From: a virus
Lineage: Duplodnaviria > Caudoviricetes
IMG/VR virus record: IMGVR_UViG_2912740531_000001
Location: 1 to 64,000 of that record
DNA: 64,000 nucleotides
Strand: one strand, 5' to 3'
The notes under the pieces are model-generated. The model worked only from the letters and a program-made list of their open reading frames with translations, searched no databases and had not been told where the DNA came from. Positions 63,258 to 64,000 of this stretch are shown piece after piece (position 1 is the stretch's first letter; the number at the start of each line of letters is the position of its first letter). Position numbers and translations under genes: made by a program.

Positions 63258-64000
63258 GCCGGATCGCCTTGTACTGCGGCCACGATCTCATCGAGATGCC
63301 GCGGCTGGCTGGTGCTGGGAATGGGCACCACGTGCGGGCCCTGGCCCAGAAGCCAGTGCAGAGGAGCAGCGGGCCCGTACGCCCGAGCCAAGTTTCCGGC
63401 GGCGAGCGGCCTGTAGGCCACGTAAGGGATGCTGAGATCCTGACACACCTCCACGACGGGATCGTCGCGGTCGATCTTGTTGAGGACGTTCTGCACCGCG
63501 GCGACCGGCTGATCCTTGAGCACCCTGCCGAGGTCCTCGGGTGTGACCTTCGACAGGCCGATGTGCCCGATCTTCCCCTCGTCCTGCATGGCCTGCATGA
63601 CGGCGATCTGGTCGTCGAGGGCCACCTCGGGGTCGATGCGGTGCAGGTAGCACAGCTCCAGCCGGTCGACCTTCAGGCGGCACAGGCTGGCCTCGACGCA
63701 CGCTCGCAGGTAGAAGGGGTTGCCGAGGGGCACCCACTGGCCTGGAGCGGGGCGGACCAGTCCGACCTTCGTGGCGATCAGTACGTGTTCCGGGTACGGG
63801 TAGAGCGCGTCCCGGATCAGGTGCTCGACGGTGTGGGGGCCGTACGCGTCGGCGGTGTCGATGTGGCTGATGCCGTGGGTGTGCACGGCGTGGCGGAGGA
63901 CGCTGAGCGCAGTGTCGCGGTCCGTGGGGTCGCCCCAGGTTCCGGGGCCGGTCAGGCGCATGGTGCCAAACCCGAGCCGGGACACCGTCTTCCCAGCGAT
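63254..64000 (-). CDS. Aldo/keto reductase (5' end beyond the window)
   Basis: RLGFGTMRL, IDTADAYG, IATKVG, YLHRID, GKIGHIGLS. Confidence 0.92.
   Translation of the reverse strand: MAGKTVSRLGFGTMRLTGPGTWGDPTDRDTALSVLRHAVHTHGISHIDTADAYGPHTVEHLIRDALYPYPEHVLIATKVGLVRPAPGQWVPLGNPFYLRACVEASLCRLKVDRLELCYLHRIDPEVALDDQIAVMQAMQDEGKIGHIGLSKVTPEDLGRVLKDQPVAAVQNVLNKIDRDDPVVEVCQDLSIPYVAYRPLAAGNLARAYGPAAPLHWLLGQGPHVVPIPSTSQPRHLDEIVAAVQGDPA

Larger units (their letters stand above)
1..64000. mobile_element. Temperate siphovirus-like prophage (Streptomyces-like host), incomplete at window edges
   Basis: Integrase at the left edge, plus replication, lysis, tail, head and portal modules. TerL and att sites are not seen in the window, and the right boundary is uncertain. 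Confidence 0.93.

Noticed and set aside
1-64000. tRNA/rRNA genes and att core repeats
   Set aside because: None recognised by eye; the integrase stop is at the window edge, so the att site lies outside.

Overview
High-GC (Streptomyces-like) DNA that is almost entirely one temperate siphovirus-type prophage, continuing past both window edges. From left to right it contains: a tyrosine integrase and excisionase; a BldN-like ECF sigma factor with a probable anti-sigma and a membrane protein; SSB; an endolysin; a 1.5 kb inverted-repeat-bounded insert (pentapeptide-repeat gene) that splits a small gene; TerS-like and ParB-like genes; a rightward replication/recombination operon; a two-gene nuclease-like cargo; and a long leftward morphogenesis region. 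That region encodes holins, a CBM4-GH6 glycanase, tail genes, tape measure, a frameshifted chaperone, neck, HK97-type capsid, a protease-Nudix fusion, a ~4,244 aa giant protein and a portal-MuF fusion. The most notable features are as follows. (1) An apparent two-tier transcription programme can be read from the DNA: three ECF-type promoters (GGTGTAAC-N16-CGTWC) precede xis/int, the replication operon and a candidate late regulator, and 17 copies of a second promoter motif (GCGACR-N17-19-CANNNT) precede late genes. The sigma gene carries a TTA (bldA-type) codon and no CI-like repressor is visible. (2) A ~220 nt closed multi-stem ncRNA candidate has its own -10 element. (3) The giant head-module protein is built from repeated modules. 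(4) A cellulase-family gene sits in the tail module. (5) A recombinase-less insert has a GG core. All family assignments are by eye from motifs; no database search was run.
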